In this document: positions 22,032-33,389 of the stretch, one piece after another
Layout of the letters: every line of letters starts with the position of its first letter
Numbering within the stretch: the stretch's first letter is position 1
NCBI GenBank assembly: GCA_963847625.1
Contig: CAWKAR010000025.1
Coordinates: 1-64,000, forward strand
DNA: 64,000 nt
From: a candidate division FCPU426 bacterium
Lineage (GTDB): Bacteria; Oederibacteriota; Muellerivitia; Muellerivitales; Muellerivitaceae
Direction: 5' to 3'
Notes under the pieces: model-generated
Told to the model about the DNA's origin: nothing
Databases searched by the model: none
What the model saw: only the letters and a program-made list of their open reading frames with translations
Position numbers and translations under genes: made by a program

Positions 22032-24137
22032 TCAGGGGGAAAGGGCTGGGGCATCCGAAGCGTAAACCAACTTTCGGAAGTCGCAGAGGATTATAAAAAG
22101 CCCGGCGGCTTTTTTCAGGAGGGCCAATCGGTTGTTGCGGATTTTCGCGTTCTTATCCATTACCAAGACCTTCTCAAAAAACGCGTGAATGGGCGGAACC
22201 AACAGGCTCAAATGGTTGATCACATCCCCGTAATAGTCCGGGCTTTGAGGATCCGCTTCCCCAATCATTTTCTGCACGAACAGGATCTTATCCGAGAGTT
22301 CCTTCTCCTCGGGAAGTTTTAAAAGGGCTTTTTGGACTTTATCGGAAACCCTCTTTTCGGGGAGTATTCGTAGCACCCTTCCCGCCGCCGTCACGAGTTC
22401 CTGAAAATCCGCTTGGGGCTTTTTTTGCTGGAGAGTCTCGGCCTTGGCCACCATGTCGGTCAGGGAGGGGGCAACAGTAGCCAGGGACGCGTTGATGACA
22501 TCATAGGAAACACCTTTCGTTTCAAGGACTGTATGGAGCCTTCCCAGGAGAAAATCCACTATTTCGGAAGACAGGCCGGGCTTGGATTTGCCTCTGTACT
22601 GTTTCAGGGAGACAGAAACCAACTCCTCCATCGTGAAGGGATAGCGATGTTCCATCGCGATCTGGATGATCCCCAATGCCTGCCTGCGGAGCGCGAAGGG
22701 ATCCTGGGAGCCTGAGGGAATGAGCCTCGCTTTGAAGCACCCCACGATGGTGTCAATCTTGTCGGCAACTGAAAGAATGGAAGTATCCCTTCCAGGGGGC
22801 AGTTGGTCCCCCGCGAACCTGGGATAATAGTGGTACTGGATGGCCGCGCCGACCTCCTCCATCCCCTGCTTGGCCGCGTATATACCACCCATGTAACCCT
22901 GTAGACTGTTGAATTCCTTCTCACGGATGATGTTTGTAGCCAGGTCGGCCTTGCAAAGAAGGGCCGCCTTCATCAGGATTGGTAAACTCTCCTTAGGGGC
23001 GCGACATAGTTCGGCAATCTTTACCACCAATTGCGAGATTCGCCGTGCTTTTCCCTCCATCGTGCCCATTCCTTCCAGCCAGGTGATTCCGGAAAGTTTT
23101 TTGGCCCATTCCTCTAGTGGGACCTTGAGGTCCTCGGAAACAAAAAACTTGGCGTCCTCCAGGCGGGCCTTCAGCACCCCTTCATTAGCCTGGATTACCA
23201 CCTTTTTATCCTTTGGGGTTCCGTTGATGACTCCGATGAAATGGGGAAGGAGGACTCCCTGTTTATCCCTCACGGAAAAGTACTTCTGGTGCTCTCGCAT
23301 GGCAGTCACGATGACTGCGTCCGGCAATTCCAGATACTTAGGGTCGAAGGAACCCAGGATCACGTCAGGCGACTCCACCAGGTTATTCACGTCATCCAAA
23401 AGATCGGGATCGGACTGGATGACCGCGTCCTTTTCCACCGCCGCCTGCTGTACCTTGTTCCAGATAACGTTCTTTCTCTCGTCGGGGTCCGCGACGACCC
23501 CGGCCTGACGGAGGACTTCCAGGTAGTCCCCCGCTTCCTCTATATCCAAGGGCCCTTGCTTGCGGGACCTCAGCCCATAGGTCTCCCGGCTACTATAAAA
23601 CCCGGCGATCTCAAATGGCACGACTGCCCTTGAAAAAACCGAGCATATCCACCGGATGGGCCGGGCAAATTGAAATTCACCGTTTCCCCAACGTTGGACC
23701 TTTGGAAACCGGATTTTCTTGATCACCTCAGGAAAAACAGTGGCGAGAATTTCGGACGTCAACCTTCCCCCCTCTTTTTTGACCGCCACCACCACTTCCC
23801 CCTTGGGGGTCATTTTCCGCTTGAGGGAGGCCATGGAAACCCCTTTCGCCTTCGCGAAACCTTCCCCTGCCCGAGTCGGAAGACCATGTTCATCAAAAGC
23901 AACCGAAACAAGGGGCCCTGTCACCTCCGCGACACTATCCTCCTGCATCTCGTCCAGCCCTTTGAAGAACAAAGCCAGCCGTCTCGGCGTGTAGTAGGTA
24001 TAAAGCCGTTGATAGGAGATGCGGTGTTCCAGGAGCGAAGCTTTGGCCGCAGCCGCCATCTGCTCGATGGCTGGCCGGAAATAGGAAGATGGAATTTCCT
24101 CGCAGCCTATTTCAAGTACCGCGTCTTTTAAAATCAT
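22032..24137 (-). CDS. glyS: Glycine--tRNA ligase beta subunit
   Basis: LEIGCEEIP, TPRRLA, FARPIRW, HQKYF, GSQDPFALRRQA, NNRLALL; lies downstream of glyQ. Confidence 0.97.
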   Translation of the reverse strand: MILKDAVLEIGCEEIPSSYFRPAIEQMAAAAKASLLEHRISYQRLYTYYTPRRLALFFKGLDEMQEDSVAEVTGPLVSVAFDEHGLPTRAGEGFAKAKGVSMASLKRKMTPKGEVVVAVKKEGGRLTSEILATVFPEVIKKIRFPKVQRWGNGEFQFARPIRWICSVFSRAVVPFEIAGFYSSRETYGLRSRKQGPLDIEEAGDYLEVLRQAGVVADPDERKNVIWNKVQQAAVEKDAVIQSDPDLLDDVNNLVESPDVILGSFDPKYLELPDAVIVTAMREHQKYFSVRDKQGVLLPHFIGVINGTPKDKKVVIQANEGVLKARLEDAKFFVSEDLKVPLEEWAKKLSGITWLEGMGTMEGKARRISQLVVKIAELCRAPKESLPILMKAALLCKADLATNIIREKEFNSLQGYMGGIYAAKQGMEEVGAAIQYHYYPRFAGDQLPPGRDTSILSVADKIDTIVGCFKARLIPSGSQDPFALRRQALGIIQIAMEHRYPFTMEELVSVSLKQYRGKSKPGLSSEIVDFLLGRLHTVLETKGVSYDVINASLATVAPSLTDMVAKAETLQQKKPQADFQELVTAAGRVLRILPEKRVSDKVQKALLKLPEEKELSDKILFVQKMIGEADPQSPDYYGDVINHLSLLVPPIHAFFEKVLVMDKNAKIRNNRLALLKKAAGLFIILCDFRKLVYASDAPALSP

Positions 24138-24226
24138 AAATTCTTCGACCCTTCTTATTTAATCATTTCATGTCAATTTCTTTATTAAGAAGCAAGCTGA
24201 TTTTTCCTATATTTATAATTCTGTCA

Positions 24227-25108
24227 TTAAACTTTTTTCAAAAGAGGAAAACCAAGTCCTTCCCGTTCCTTCACAAAAGCGGTGGCCACGGCTTTGGCCA
24301 TGACTCGGACCCGCGAGATGTAATGAGTCCTCTCAGCCACAGAAATAGCTCCCCGGGCGTCCAACAAGTTAAAGGTGTGAGAAGCCTTGATTACGTAATC
24401 ATAGGCCGGTTCAACAAGATCCAGTTCCAAAAGTCGCCGGACCTCGCCCTCGAAATCATTGAAGTGCCTCAACAGCATCTTGACGTTAGCGTGCTCGAAG
24501 TTGAAGGCGGAAAAGGCCTTTTCACTGGGATGGAAGATGTCGCGGTAAGTGAGGCCCTTCCCCCCATAATTCAAGTCCCAAATGCTGTCTACACCCTGGA
24601 TGACTGCGGCGATGCGCTCCAACCCGAAGGTGATCTCCCCGGAAACGGGCCTGAGCTCAAGCCCGCCAGTGGTCTGGAAAAAAGTGAATTGAGTGATCTC
24701 GATCCCATCCATCCAAACTTGCCAGCCCAAACCGGAAGCCCCGAGCGTCGGGGATTCCCAGTCGTCCTCGACGAAACGGATGTCATGCTCGTCCTGCCGG
24801 ATGCCGATTTCCTCCAAGCTTGCCAGGTATAGTTCCACCATGTTATCGGGAGAGGGTTTCAGGATGACCTGGTACTGGTAATAGTGCTGCATACGATTGG
24901 GGTTCTCACCGTATCGACCGTCTTTGGGTCTGCGGCAGGGATCCACATAGGCCACTTGGTAGGGTTCGGGGCCCAGGACACGGAAAAAGGTTGCGGGATT
25001 AAAGGTACCGGCGCCCTTTTCCAGGTCGTAAGGTTGTTGAATCACACATCCTTGCCGGCTCCAATAACGGTCCAGCGTCAGGATAAGTTCTTGAAAAGAT
25101 GGGGCCAT
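24227..25108 (-). CDS. glyQ: Glycine--tRNA ligase alpha subunit
   Basis: [44 protein letters not shown]. Confidence 0.98.
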   Translation of the reverse strand: MAPSFQELILTLDRYWSRQGCVIQQPYDLEKGAGTFNPATFFRVLGPEPYQVAYVDPCRRPKDGRYGENPNRMQHYYQYQVILKPSPDNMVELYLASLEEIGIRQDEHDIRFVEDDWESPTLGASGLGWQVWMDGIEITQFTFFQTTGGLELRPVSGEITFGLERIAAVIQGVDSIWDLNYGGKGLTYRDIFHPSEKAFSAFNFEHANVKMLLRHFNDFEGEVRRLLELDLVEPAYDYVIKASHTFNLLDARGAISVAERTHYISRVRVMAKAVATAFVKEREGLGFPLLKKV

Positions 25109-25213
25109 GGTTTATCCATGTAAAAAAGTGATTAAAGGAAAATAAGGGAATTCCGGTGCCTTCGCAAGCTAAAACCGTCATCATTCCCGGGATCAATCCG
25201 TGTGATTAATAGT

Positions 25214-25256
25214 AAAAAAAAAGCCTCCTGCAACTCATCGGTTGCAGAAGGCTTTT
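25214..25256. terminator. Intrinsic terminator of the cold-shock gene
   Basis: A9-GCCTCCTGCAAC-TCATCG-GTTGCAGAAGGC-TTTT; gives a U-tract on the minus strand just after the csp stop. Confidence 0.88.
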
Positions 25257-25273
25257 GAACTGCGGCAAAATCA

Positions 25274-25474
25274 TCAGATTTTGCGGACGTTTTCAGCCTT
25301 TAAACCCTTTTGGCCCTGGGTGACTTCGAATTCCACCCGGTCTCCTTCGTTCAAAGTTTTGAATCCGTCACCTTGAATCGACGAGTAATGCACGAATACG
25401 TCCTCGCCGCCATCCTGGGAAATAAAACCAAATCCTTTTTCATTCTTAAACCACTTTACGGTGCCTTGAGCCAT
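25274..25474 (-). CDS. csp: Cold-shock protein (CspA family)
   Basis: [18 protein letters not shown]...[20 protein letters not shown]; 66 aa. Confidence 0.97.
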   Translation of the reverse strand: MAQGTVKWFKNEKGFGFISQDGGEDVFVHYSSIQGDGFKTLNEGDRVEFEVTQGQKGLKAENVRKI

Positions 25475-25887
25475 TCCACTAACCTCTGCATATAAATTTA
25501 AAAACCTTCCCGGAGCCGAAGCTACCAAGAAGACCATCATCTTACAAAAAAGCCCATATTTTGAAAACTTTTTTCGAGGAAAAATTTCCTGATTTTCGGG
25601 TTTTCAACCCCCTTGGCCATTTTTCCCTCATAAATCCCACTCTTTTATAGCATGTTGACGTTTTTTCAATAAAAGCTTATCTTCCCTCTCCCAAAGAAAC
25701 CGCACCTCCTGCAACCTTGATTTCCAAGAAAACCTTTGCAGCTGGATTAAAATAATAAAACATAAAAACTAACCAGATAGTTTTTCTTATATCGGAAATG
25801 GCTTTATAGGCGGATTTAGTCCAATGGAAGGAAAGACATATTTACATTTGAAAAGAAAAAATATTTTAAAGAAAATAACCGTCGTTC

Positions 25888-26337
25888 TTAGCGCAGGGTC
25901 AGGGCTAAGAAGCTAAATTCCAAAAGCACCAAGCCTACTACTAAAATGGATCCCACGATAAACCAGCCCCATCCATCGGTGGCCGGCTCCGCCAACAGCG
26001 GCTTCTTTGAGGGCCAAACCCGTACATCGTCCCCCTTACTGGGCTGGAGCTGGTCAGGCCAGACGGGATAAAGGCAGAAGATCTTTTCGGATTTCTGCCC
26101 GTCCACATCCGCTGTGATCTCAAACAAGCCTCCCAATCGGCAACCAGTCCGCAATTTCCCAAAATGGTCGGATGACGCCAGAATTTTCGCGTCCTTACCA
26201 CCTTGGGTCGTAGCCACAGAAGTAACGGAATAGGACAAGAATAAAATGGCGATGGCAAAAAACACCACTGCCAGCAAAGCCCCGACGATTTTCAAGAAAA
26301 ATAAGCGTGTGGGGTTTTTCCAATCGAATGAAGCCAT
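25888..26337 (-). CDS. Hypothetical membrane protein (two transmembrane segments flanking a small soluble domain)
   Basis: 149-aa ORF with GAGGA RBS and hydrophobic N- and C-terminal segments. Confidence 0.75.
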   Translation of the reverse strand: MASFDWKNPTRLFFLKIVGALLAVVFFAIAILFLSYSVTSVATTQGGKDAKILASSDHFGKLRTGCRLGGLFEITADVDGQKSEKIFCLYPVWPDQLQPSKGDDVRVWPSKKPLLAEPATDGWGWFIVGSILVVGLVLLEFSFLALTLR

Positions 26338-26866
26338 GGATTTTCCTCAAAACAATGGAATGAGATGCCTTTTCGGACAAACTATTGTATCGAGAATCAG
26401 CCGGATATCTAGACCTTTTCAGTAAGTTCTGTATTTTATAGCCGCCAAGTTTTTCCGCTTTTTTTTATTAATGATTAAAAAGAAATTAGGTCGACAATAT
26501 GTCAATGGTTCGCCGTGCCTCCCCTTAAGAATCGAGCCTTTTCATAATATTGAACCACCAAACCGGACTGTACCACCCGTTGGTAGGCGTCCCCCAATAG
26601 TCGGGTTGTCTCTGGGTTTTGCGGCACAAGTTAGTTACTTCTTTATATTTCTGACTTGATCCTCTGCAAAATCCCGGCTGACTTGTTCTCAGGAGGATCG
26701 GAATGGGGTACCGGCTTTTCGGGAGTAAAATCCGGTTTATTATGAACAAAGTCTTTTTCACCAAAATTAGACGAAATATCGCCCTTTCAGTTGGAGGCGG
26801 GTGGGTTATTGGGAATATCAACCAAAGGGAATTTTGTCACAACAAAAATTACAGGGGAAATTTTTT

Positions 26867-27433
26867 TTACATCATCCCCAATTGCAAGCGGGCGACGTCG
26901 GACATGAGGGATTGATTCCAAGGTGGGTCGAAAGTGACTTCCACGTTAGCTTCCTTCACCCCTGGAATTCGGCTTAGTTTCTGCTCGATTTCGGCCTTCA
27001 GTACCGTGGACATGCCGCAGCCGGGAGCGGTGAGGGTCATGAGCACCTCCACCTTTTTTCCCCCTTGAGGGTGTGGTTTGATCTGGCTTCCATAGATCAA
27101 CCCCAACTCCACAATATTCACCGGGATCTCGGGGTCATAGCAGGTCTTAAGTTGGTCCCAAACGTCGTTCTCGATTTCCTTATCGTCACGCGGTTTTTCA
27201 TCCCCGTACTCGATCTTGAAAACCTTGTCCTCAGGCGGCACTTCTTTACCCAAGGCGTCCGCATCCCTTCCGTCGATTCGAACCAGCTGGCCATTGTCCC
27301 GTTGAAGGGTGAAACTACCCCCTAAGGTCTGGGTGATATAGACCTTCTCATCCTTGAAAACGAGCGTCTCGGTCCCATAGGGGATGGTGATGGCCTTGCA
27401 TTCGCGTTGGAGGGTGACGAGTTCGTAGTTCAT
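26867..27433 (-). CDS. sufT: Fe-S cluster assembly protein SufT (DUF59/PaaD-like)
   Basis: ITQTLGGSFT, CYDPEIPVNIVELGLIY, MTLTAPGCGM, FDPPW; last gene of the suf operon. Confidence 0.93.
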   Translation of the reverse strand: MNYELVTLQRECKAITIPYGTETLVFKDEKVYITQTLGGSFTLQRDNGQLVRIDGRDADALGKEVPPEDKVFKIEYGDEKPRDDKEIENDVWDQLKTCYDPEIPVNIVELGLIYGSQIKPHPQGGKKVEVLMTLTAPGCGMSTVLKAEIEQKLSRIPGVKEANVEVTFDPPWNQSLMSDVARLQLGMM

Positions 27434-27903
27434 TCACCGTTCCCCGTTCCATCGTCAGTAGATACCACCTTGCCCGGCTCATGCAGTGCCGCCTCCAACG
27501 TATGCCAGGGGAGACTGGCGCATTTGACCCGGGCCGGATAATCCCGCACCCCGGCGAAAACCTTGAGTTTTCCCAGTTCCTCCGGAGCCGGGACGTCATC
27601 CTTGCCCATCACCATGTCGTGAAATTGGTGGAACATTTTGTCTGCGACCCCGATGTTCTTGCCTTTCAAGGCCACCGTCATCATGGAAGCGGAGGCCTTG
27701 GAAATGGCGCAGCCCGAACCCTTGAACTTGATGTCCCGAATGACGCCCCCGGCGTCCACTTTCAGGCTCAGGGACAACCGGTCGCCGCAAAGGGGGTTGA
27801 AACCGTCCGCATGGTGGTTCGCATCATTCAAATCCCCGAAATTCTGGGGATGTTTCTGGTGGTCGAGTATCACCTCTTGGTATAAATCCCTTAAGTCGGA
27901 CAT
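27430..27903 (-). CDS. sufU: SUF system NifU-like protein SufU
   Basis: LYQEVILDH, NPLCGD, GCAISKASASMM, RVKCASLPWH. Confidence 0.95.
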   Translation of the reverse strand: MSDLRDLYQEVILDHQKHPQNFGDLNDANHHADGFNPLCGDRLSLSLKVDAGGVIRDIKFKGSGCAISKASASMMTVALKGKNIGVADKMFHQFHDMVMGKDDVPAPEELGKLKVFAGVRDYPARVKCASLPWHTLEAALHEPGKVVSTDDGTGNGE

Positions 27904-29168
27904 CAGGCAAATACCTCCAGGACCTTTTTAAGCGCCAAAACCAGAGTGTCCAGTTCTTCACGGGTGTTGTAAAGCGCCAGGGAAGCCCGTGCGGTGGCCG
28001 GAATCCCGTAGCGGTCCATAACCGGTTGGGCACAATGATGGCCGGCCCGGATGGCAACCCCTTCCCGGTCCAGGATGGTTCCGATATCGTGAGGATGAAT
28101 ATCCCTCAGCGTGAAGGAAAGAACTCCCGCCTTATGGGAAGCCGTTCCCACCAGTTTGAGTTCTTTGATCCCCGTTAGTTTTTTTGTCCCGTACTCCAGG
28201 AGATCCCGCTCATGGGCGGCGATCGCGCCCAGTCCGACTGAACCCACGAAATCCAGGGCGGCTCCCAGGCCGATGACGCCCGCGATATGGGGCGTTCCCG
28301 CCTCAAACCTGTGGGGTGGTTTTTTAAAAAGCGTCTTTTCAAAAGTCACCGAGGCGATCATGTCCCCACCCCCCTGCCAGGGCGGCATCGAGTTCAGGAG
28401 ATTATCCTTGCCGTAAAGGACCCCTATCCCCGTGGGCCCAAAAATCTTATGCCCGGAGAAGGCGTAAAAATCGCAATCCAGGACCTGAACATCCACTTCC
28501 ATGTGCGAAACAGCCTGGGCTCCATCCAAGAGAACCTTGATTCCCTTCGCGTGGGCGGCTTTGATGATTTCTACCGCCGGGTTTACCGTCCCGAGGGCGT
28601 TTGAGACCTGGGTGAAAGCCAGAAGTTTGGTCTTTAGGGTCATGAGTTTGTAAAGTTCCTCTAATTCCAACTCCCCCGCTTCGTTGATCGAGGCCACCTT
28701 TAACACGGCACCCTTTTCCTCGCAAAGCATCTGCCAGGGCACGATGTTAGAATGGTGTTCCATGGTGGTGATGAGGATTTCATCCCCGGCCTGGAGGAAC
28801 TTCCTTCCCCAGCTTTGGGCCACCAGGTTGATGGACTCGGTGGTGCCTCGGGTAAATATGATTTCTTTTGAATCCGCCGCATTGAGGAATTTTTGAACCT
28901 TGATACGAGATTCCTCATAAGTCTGGGTGGCTTTCTCGCTCAAGAGATGCACTCCCCGGTGGATATTGGCGTTTTCCGCCCGGTAATATCGGTCCAGGAC
29001 TTCGATCACTTGCCGGGGTTTCTGGGTGGTGGCGGCATTGTCTAGGTAAACCAGCGGCTTCCCATGCACCTTACGGGAAAGGATGGGAAACTGGGACCGC
29101 AACAACGGCAAATCCAATGGGACATTTCCAGTTTTCATATCAGATTTCAACGGTGTTTGGGATTTCAT
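27903..29168 (-). CDS. sufS: Cysteine desulfurase SufS
   Basis: YLDNAATTQKP, FSGHK (PLP lysine), RAGHHCAQP. Confidence 0.97.
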   Translation of the reverse strand: MKSQTPLKSDMKTGNVPLDLPLLRSQFPILSRKVHGKPLVYLDNAATTQKPRQVIEVLDRYYRAENANIHRGVHLLSEKATQTYEESRIKVQKFLNAADSKEIIFTRGTTESINLVAQSWGRKFLQAGDEILITTMEHHSNIVPWQMLCEEKGAVLKVASINEAGELELEELYKLMTLKTKLLAFTQVSNALGTVNPAVEIIKAAHAKGIKVLLDGAQAVSHMEVDVQVLDCDFYAFSGHKIFGPTGIGVLYGKDNLLNSMPPWQGGGDMIASVTFEKTLFKKPPHRFEAGTPHIAGVIGLGAALDFVGSVGLGAIAAHERDLLEYGTKKLTGIKELKLVGTASHKAGVLSFTLRDIHPHDIGTILDREGVAIRAGHHCAQPVMDRYGIPATARASLALYNTREELDTLVLALKKVLEVFA

Positions 29169-30484
29169 TTATATTCCTCTCCCATCCATCGCCGAACCAT
29201 TCCCTTTAAAGGTTTTTGGAGATACTCGTTTCCGACCCTCTCCACCATCTCACCCGCGAATGCGTAGACAAGGGTCCTTTTCGCCTCTTCCCTGCCGATA
29301 CCCCGGGATTGAAAATAGAAAAGAGCCTCCTCGTCCATCTGACCGGTGGAGGAGCCGTGGGAACATTTCACATCATCGGCGTAAATCTGGAGTTGGGGTT
29401 TTGAATAAACCTTGGTTTCTTTGGAAAGCTGCAGGTTTTTATTGGACTGGCGGGCGTCGGTTTTTTGAGCGTTTTCCCGGACCAGGATACGGCCGTCAAA
29501 TATGGCGGTCGATTCGCCATCCAGGACGCCTTTAAAGGTTTCCTGGCTTGAACAGGAAGGCGACAAGTGGTCGATATAGGTTCGCGTGTCCATATGCTGT
29601 TTGCCTTTGGTCAAATAGAGGCCTTCCAAAAGGCATTCGGCTTTTTTTTCGGTAAGTACTGTTTCGACCTCATGACGGGCCAGGTTTCCCCCAAAGGAAT
29701 AGGTTCTAGAGGAAAGCTGGCTCCCTTCGGCTTGTTTTACCGCGAGGGTTGAAAAGTGGTAAGCCTTTTCACTTTCCTGCTGAATCTTGGTGTGCGTCAG
29801 GGAGGAACCTCTGGATAATGCCGCTTCAGTCACGGCGCCCACGAAATAGGAGCTATCTATCTCACTCAGGTAATGCTCAATCACTGTTGCGGAGCTGTCC
29901 TGGCCCAGCAGAAAAAGATTTCGGACATGGGTCTGGCATTTGGGGGTGCCTTTGGTCGTGAGATAGATAATATGGACTGGCTTTGTCAGGACCTTTCCTT
30001 CGGGCACGCTTAGAAATAGACCGTCCGTGAAATAAGCCGTATTTAATGCGGTAAAACCCCGATTCTCATCGTTCATAACCCGTCCGAAATTTCCACGAAT
30101 TGAAACCTCATTAGCCTCGAATAGAGTCTTTAATTGAACTCCTTGGGGCAAGGGCCCTATTGTTGAAAATTTCCGGACAAAAAAGCCGTTCACAAAAACG
30201 ACAAGTTCCGCCTGATCAGAAACAAACGATAGTGATTTCAAAAGATCCGCGACATTGGTTTCAGGCGCCTCGGGCCGGCCCCAGAAAAAATGCTCCTTAA
30301 CCAGATGATCAAGTGACGTATATTTCCAACTCTCCGACTTACTGTCAGGGAAGCCAATCTTGAGAAAGTGGGCCCAAGCCTTTTCACGTGCTTCCTTGAT
30401 CCATGGGACTATACCCAACGGCGCGGCTTTCTCAAAAGGAAAAGAGGATAAACTATTTTCTTCAATCCGATTGGTTTCCATCAA
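29165..30484 (-). CDS. sufD: Fe-S cluster assembly protein SufD
   Basis: ESWKYT, AQKTDARQ, KPQLQIYADDVKCSHG. Confidence 0.95.
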   Translation of the reverse strand: MMETNRIEENSLSSFPFEKAAPLGIVPWIKEAREKAWAHFLKIGFPDSKSESWKYTSLDHLVKEHFFWGRPEAPETNVADLLKSLSFVSDQAELVVFVNGFFVRKFSTIGPLPQGVQLKTLFEANEVSIRGNFGRVMNDENRGFTALNTAYFTDGLFLSVPEGKVLTKPVHIIYLTTKGTPKCQTHVRNLFLLGQDSSATVIEHYLSEIDSSYFVGAVTEAALSRGSSLTHTKIQQESEKAYHFSTLAVKQAEGSQLSSRTYSFGGNLARHEVETVLTEKKAECLLEGLYLTKGKQHMDTRTYIDHLSPSCSSQETFKGVLDGESTAIFDGRILVRENAQKTDARQSNKNLQLSKETKVYSKPQLQIYADDVKCSHGSSTGQMDEEALFYFQSRGIGREEAKRTLVYAFAGEMVERVGNEYLQKPLKGMVRRWMGEEYK

Positions 30485-31245
30485 ACTATCTCTTCTTTCT
30501 TTTGCCCGTCGGTGAGCCAGCCATAACCCTTTTCTTCCAATTCCAGGGCCAGTTCCTTTCCGCCTGACTTCACAATGCGGCCTTGCGCCAGGACGTGGAT
30601 TTTGTCCGGGACGATGTAATCCAACAAGCGCTGATAATGGGTCACCAGAAGAACGGCCCTTTCGGGATTCCGCAAGGCATTGACCCCGTCCGCTACCACT
30701 TTCAAGGCGTCGATATCGAGTCCCGAGTCCGTCTCGTCCAGGATCGCCAGTTTAGGTTCCAGGACCGCCATCTGAAGGATCTCGTTCTTCTTCTTTTCAC
30801 CGCCGGAAAAACCCTCGTTCACCGAACGTTGGAGCATAGATTCGTCCATCCGGAGGGGTTTCAGCTTGGCCTTGACCAGTTCCAAAAAATCCATGGCGTC
30901 CAGTTCGTCTTCCCCCCGCGACTTTCGAATGGCGTTCAGGGCCGCCTTCAGGAAATAAGTATTGTTCACTCCCGGGATTTCAACGGGATATTGGAAAGCC
31001 AGGAAAACCCCCCGCCTCGCGCGGTCCTCCGGGGACAGGGCCAGGAGATCTATTCCCTCGAACCGCACCTCCCCGCCCGTCACTTCATATCCCTCCCTGC
31101 CGGCAAGGATATGGGCCAGGGTGCTTTTCCCCGAGCCGTTGGGCCCCATGATGGCGTGCACCTGCCCCTTCCCGACGGTCAAGTCGATCCCTTTGAGGAT
31201 TTCTTTGCCTTCTACTTTTACTTTCAGGTTCTTGATTTCCAGCAT
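30481..31245 (-). CDS. sufC: Fe-S cluster assembly ATPase SufC
   Basis: GPNGSGKST, FQYPVEIPGV, NEGFSGGEKK, LDETDSGLDIDA. Confidence 0.98.
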   Translation of the reverse strand: MLEIKNLKVKVEGKEILKGIDLTVGKGQVHAIMGPNGSGKSTLAHILAGREGYEVTGGEVRFEGIDLLALSPEDRARRGVFLAFQYPVEIPGVNNTYFLKAALNAIRKSRGEDELDAMDFLELVKAKLKPLRMDESMLQRSVNEGFSGGEKKKNEILQMAVLEPKLAILDETDSGLDIDALKVVADGVNALRNPERAVLLVTHYQRLLDYIVPDKIHVLAQGRIVKSGGKELALELEEKGYGWLTDGQKKEEIV

Positions 31246-31282
31246 CTCTCCTCCAAAATCCAGCGGAATTGCGAATTCAGTA

Positions 31283-32731
31283 TTACCCGACGCTTCCTTC
31301 CAAACTCACGCTCAGTAATTTCTGCGCTTCCACCGCGAATTCCATGGGAAGCTTCCGGAAAACCTCCTTGCAAAACCCGTTCACGATGAGGTTGATGGCG
31401 TCCTCGCTGGAAAGGCCCCTTTGACGGCAGTAAAAAACCTGGTCCTCACTGATCTTCGAGGTGGAGGCCTCATGCCCTACCTTGGAGCTGTTATTCTTGA
31501 CCTCGATGTAGGGCACCGTGTGGGCCGAGCATTGGTCCCCCATCAGGAGCGAATCGCATTGGGTGTAATTCCCGGCCTTTTCCGCCCCCGGCTGGATTCG
31601 CACCAGCCCCCGGTAGGTGTTTTGCCCGTGGCCCGCCGAAATGCCCTTGGAAACAATGGTGCTTTTGGTGTTCTTGCCGATGTGCAGCATCTTGGTCCCG
31701 GTGTCCGCCTGCTGGCGGTTGTTCACGACCGCCACCGAGTAGAACTCCCCGACCGAGTTGTCCCCCTGCAGGATGCAGCTGGGATATTTCCAGGTGATGG
31801 AAGAACCCGTCTCCACCTGGGTCCAGGATATCTTGGAGGAATTTCCCCGGCAGGCGCCCCTCTTGGTCACGAAGTTGTAAACCCCTCCCTTTCCTTCCTT
31901 GTCGCCCGGATACCAGTTTTGCACCGTGGAATATTTGATTTCGGAGTTGCCCAGGGCCACCAGTTCCACGACCGCAGCGTGAAGCTGGTTCTCGTCGCGC
32001 ATGGGGGCGGTGCATCCCTCCAGGTAGCTCACGTAGGAACCCTCATCGGCGATCAGGAGGGTGCGCTCGAACTGCCCCGTCTTGGCCGCGTTGATCCTGA
32101 AATAAGTGGAAAGCTCCATGGGACAGCGAATCCCCTTTGGCACGTAGCAGAAGGACCCGTCGGTGAAGACCGCGCTGTTCAAGGCCGCGAAAAAATTGTC
32201 GTTGTAGGGCACCACCGATCCCAGGTATTGCTCGATGAGTTGGGGATGTTCCTGGACCGCCTCGGAAAAAGAACTGAAGATAACTCCCATCTCGCCGAGC
32301 TTTTTCTTGAACGTGGTTCCGACGGACACGCTGTCCAGGACGGCGTCCACGGCCACCCCCGCCAGCATTTCCCTTTCCTGGAGGGGAACTCCCAGTTTCT
32401 CGAAGGTCTTTAATATTTCCGGGTCCACTTCCGCCAGGCTTTTTGGGCCGTTGTTCTTGGGCGCCGAGTAGTAAATGATGGACTGGTAGTCGATGGGCGG
32501 ATATTGCACGTACGCCCAGGTCGGCTCCTTCATGCGGGTCCAAAAGCGGTAGGATTTCAAACGCCAATCCAGGAGGAACTTTGGTTCCTTTTTCTTTTGG
32601 GAGATAAAGCGGATGATCTCCTCGTTGAGGCCCGGGGGCGCGGAATCGGCCTCGATGTCGGTCACGAACCCGTACTTGTATTCCTCGCTGGTGACCCTCT
32701 CGACGGGTTGTTCCGGGGCTTGGGGTTTCAT
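31283..32731 (-). CDS. sufB: Fe-S cluster assembly protein SufB
   Basis: [42 protein letters not shown]. Confidence 0.98.
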   Translation of the reverse strand: MKPQAPEQPVERVTSEEYKYGFVTDIEADSAPPGLNEEIIRFISQKKKEPKFLLDWRLKSYRFWTRMKEPTWAYVQYPPIDYQSIIYYSAPKNNGPKSLAEVDPEILKTFEKLGVPLQEREMLAGVAVDAVLDSVSVGTTFKKKLGEMGVIFSSFSEAVQEHPQLIEQYLGSVVPYNDNFFAALNSAVFTDGSFCYVPKGIRCPMELSTYFRINAAKTGQFERTLLIADEGSYVSYLEGCTAPMRDENQLHAAVVELVALGNSEIKYSTVQNWYPGDKEGKGGVYNFVTKRGACRGNSSKISWTQVETGSSITWKYPSCILQGDNSVGEFYSVAVVNNRQQADTGTKMLHIGKNTKSTIVSKGISAGHGQNTYRGLVRIQPGAEKAGNYTQCDSLLMGDQCSAHTVPYIEVKNNSSKVGHEASTSKISEDQVFYCRQRGLSSEDAINLIVNGFCKEVFRKLPMEFAVEAQKLLSVSLEGSVG

Positions 32732-33264
32732 TTCCCCACTCCTTTCATGGCGCTTGAATTGGAAACCAGGGGGTTATCGGATCCCTGCGCCGCGGGGTGG
32801 GGCTTTTTTGCCGCGGAGGATTGCTGGAGCCACTTTTCCATATCCGGCTCGGAAGAGACCAGGTCCGACAGTTTGCATTTGCGGAGGTATCCGGAGAGGG
32901 TCAGGTCCAAACCCATCAAAAGGGATCGAATAGCGCAGTCCATGGTGTGGATGCAGGAAAGATGTTCCTTATTGGGGGTCACGCACACTTCTTCCTGATT
33001 GAAAAACTTTCCTCCCAACGCCACCAAGACTTCGTGGATGTTGATGTCATGGGCAGGCCTGGAAAGTTGGTATCCGCCGCTCTGGCCCCGGAGGCTCTGG
33101 ACCAGCTCCCTTTTGCGCAGAATGCTCATGATCTTGGCCACGTAAGCGGGAGTTAAACCTTCCAAGCGGGAAAGCTCCAGAATGGTCGTCATTCCCCGGG
33201 GCCCCTTTTTGGCCATCTGCAACATGCACCGCAAACCGTATTCTTCAGTCGAGGAAAACCTCAT
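32728..33264 (-). CDS. Rrf2-family transcriptional regulator of the suf operon (three Cys, likely Fe-S binding)
   Basis: [22 protein letters not shown]-x9-C-x5-C; first gene of the operon. Confidence 0.93.
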   Translation of the reverse strand: MRFSSTEEYGLRCMLQMAKKGPRGMTTILELSRLEGLTPAYVAKIMSILRKRELVQSLRGQSGGYQLSRPAHDINIHEVLVALGGKFFNQEEVCVTPNKEHLSCIHTMDCAIRSLLMGLDLTLSGYLRKCKLSDLVSSEPDMEKWLQQSSAAKKPHPAAQGSDNPLVSNSSAMKGVGK

Positions 33265-33389
33265 GGGAACCTTTCAAAAGGCGAAATGGGTTGAGTCACA
33301 ACATATTTTCAATAGAATTTGAGGAATCTTTACTAAAAAGTCAAGTATAAGCTAAAAGCGCTTGAATTCAAGCAATTTGGCGGGTTTAT

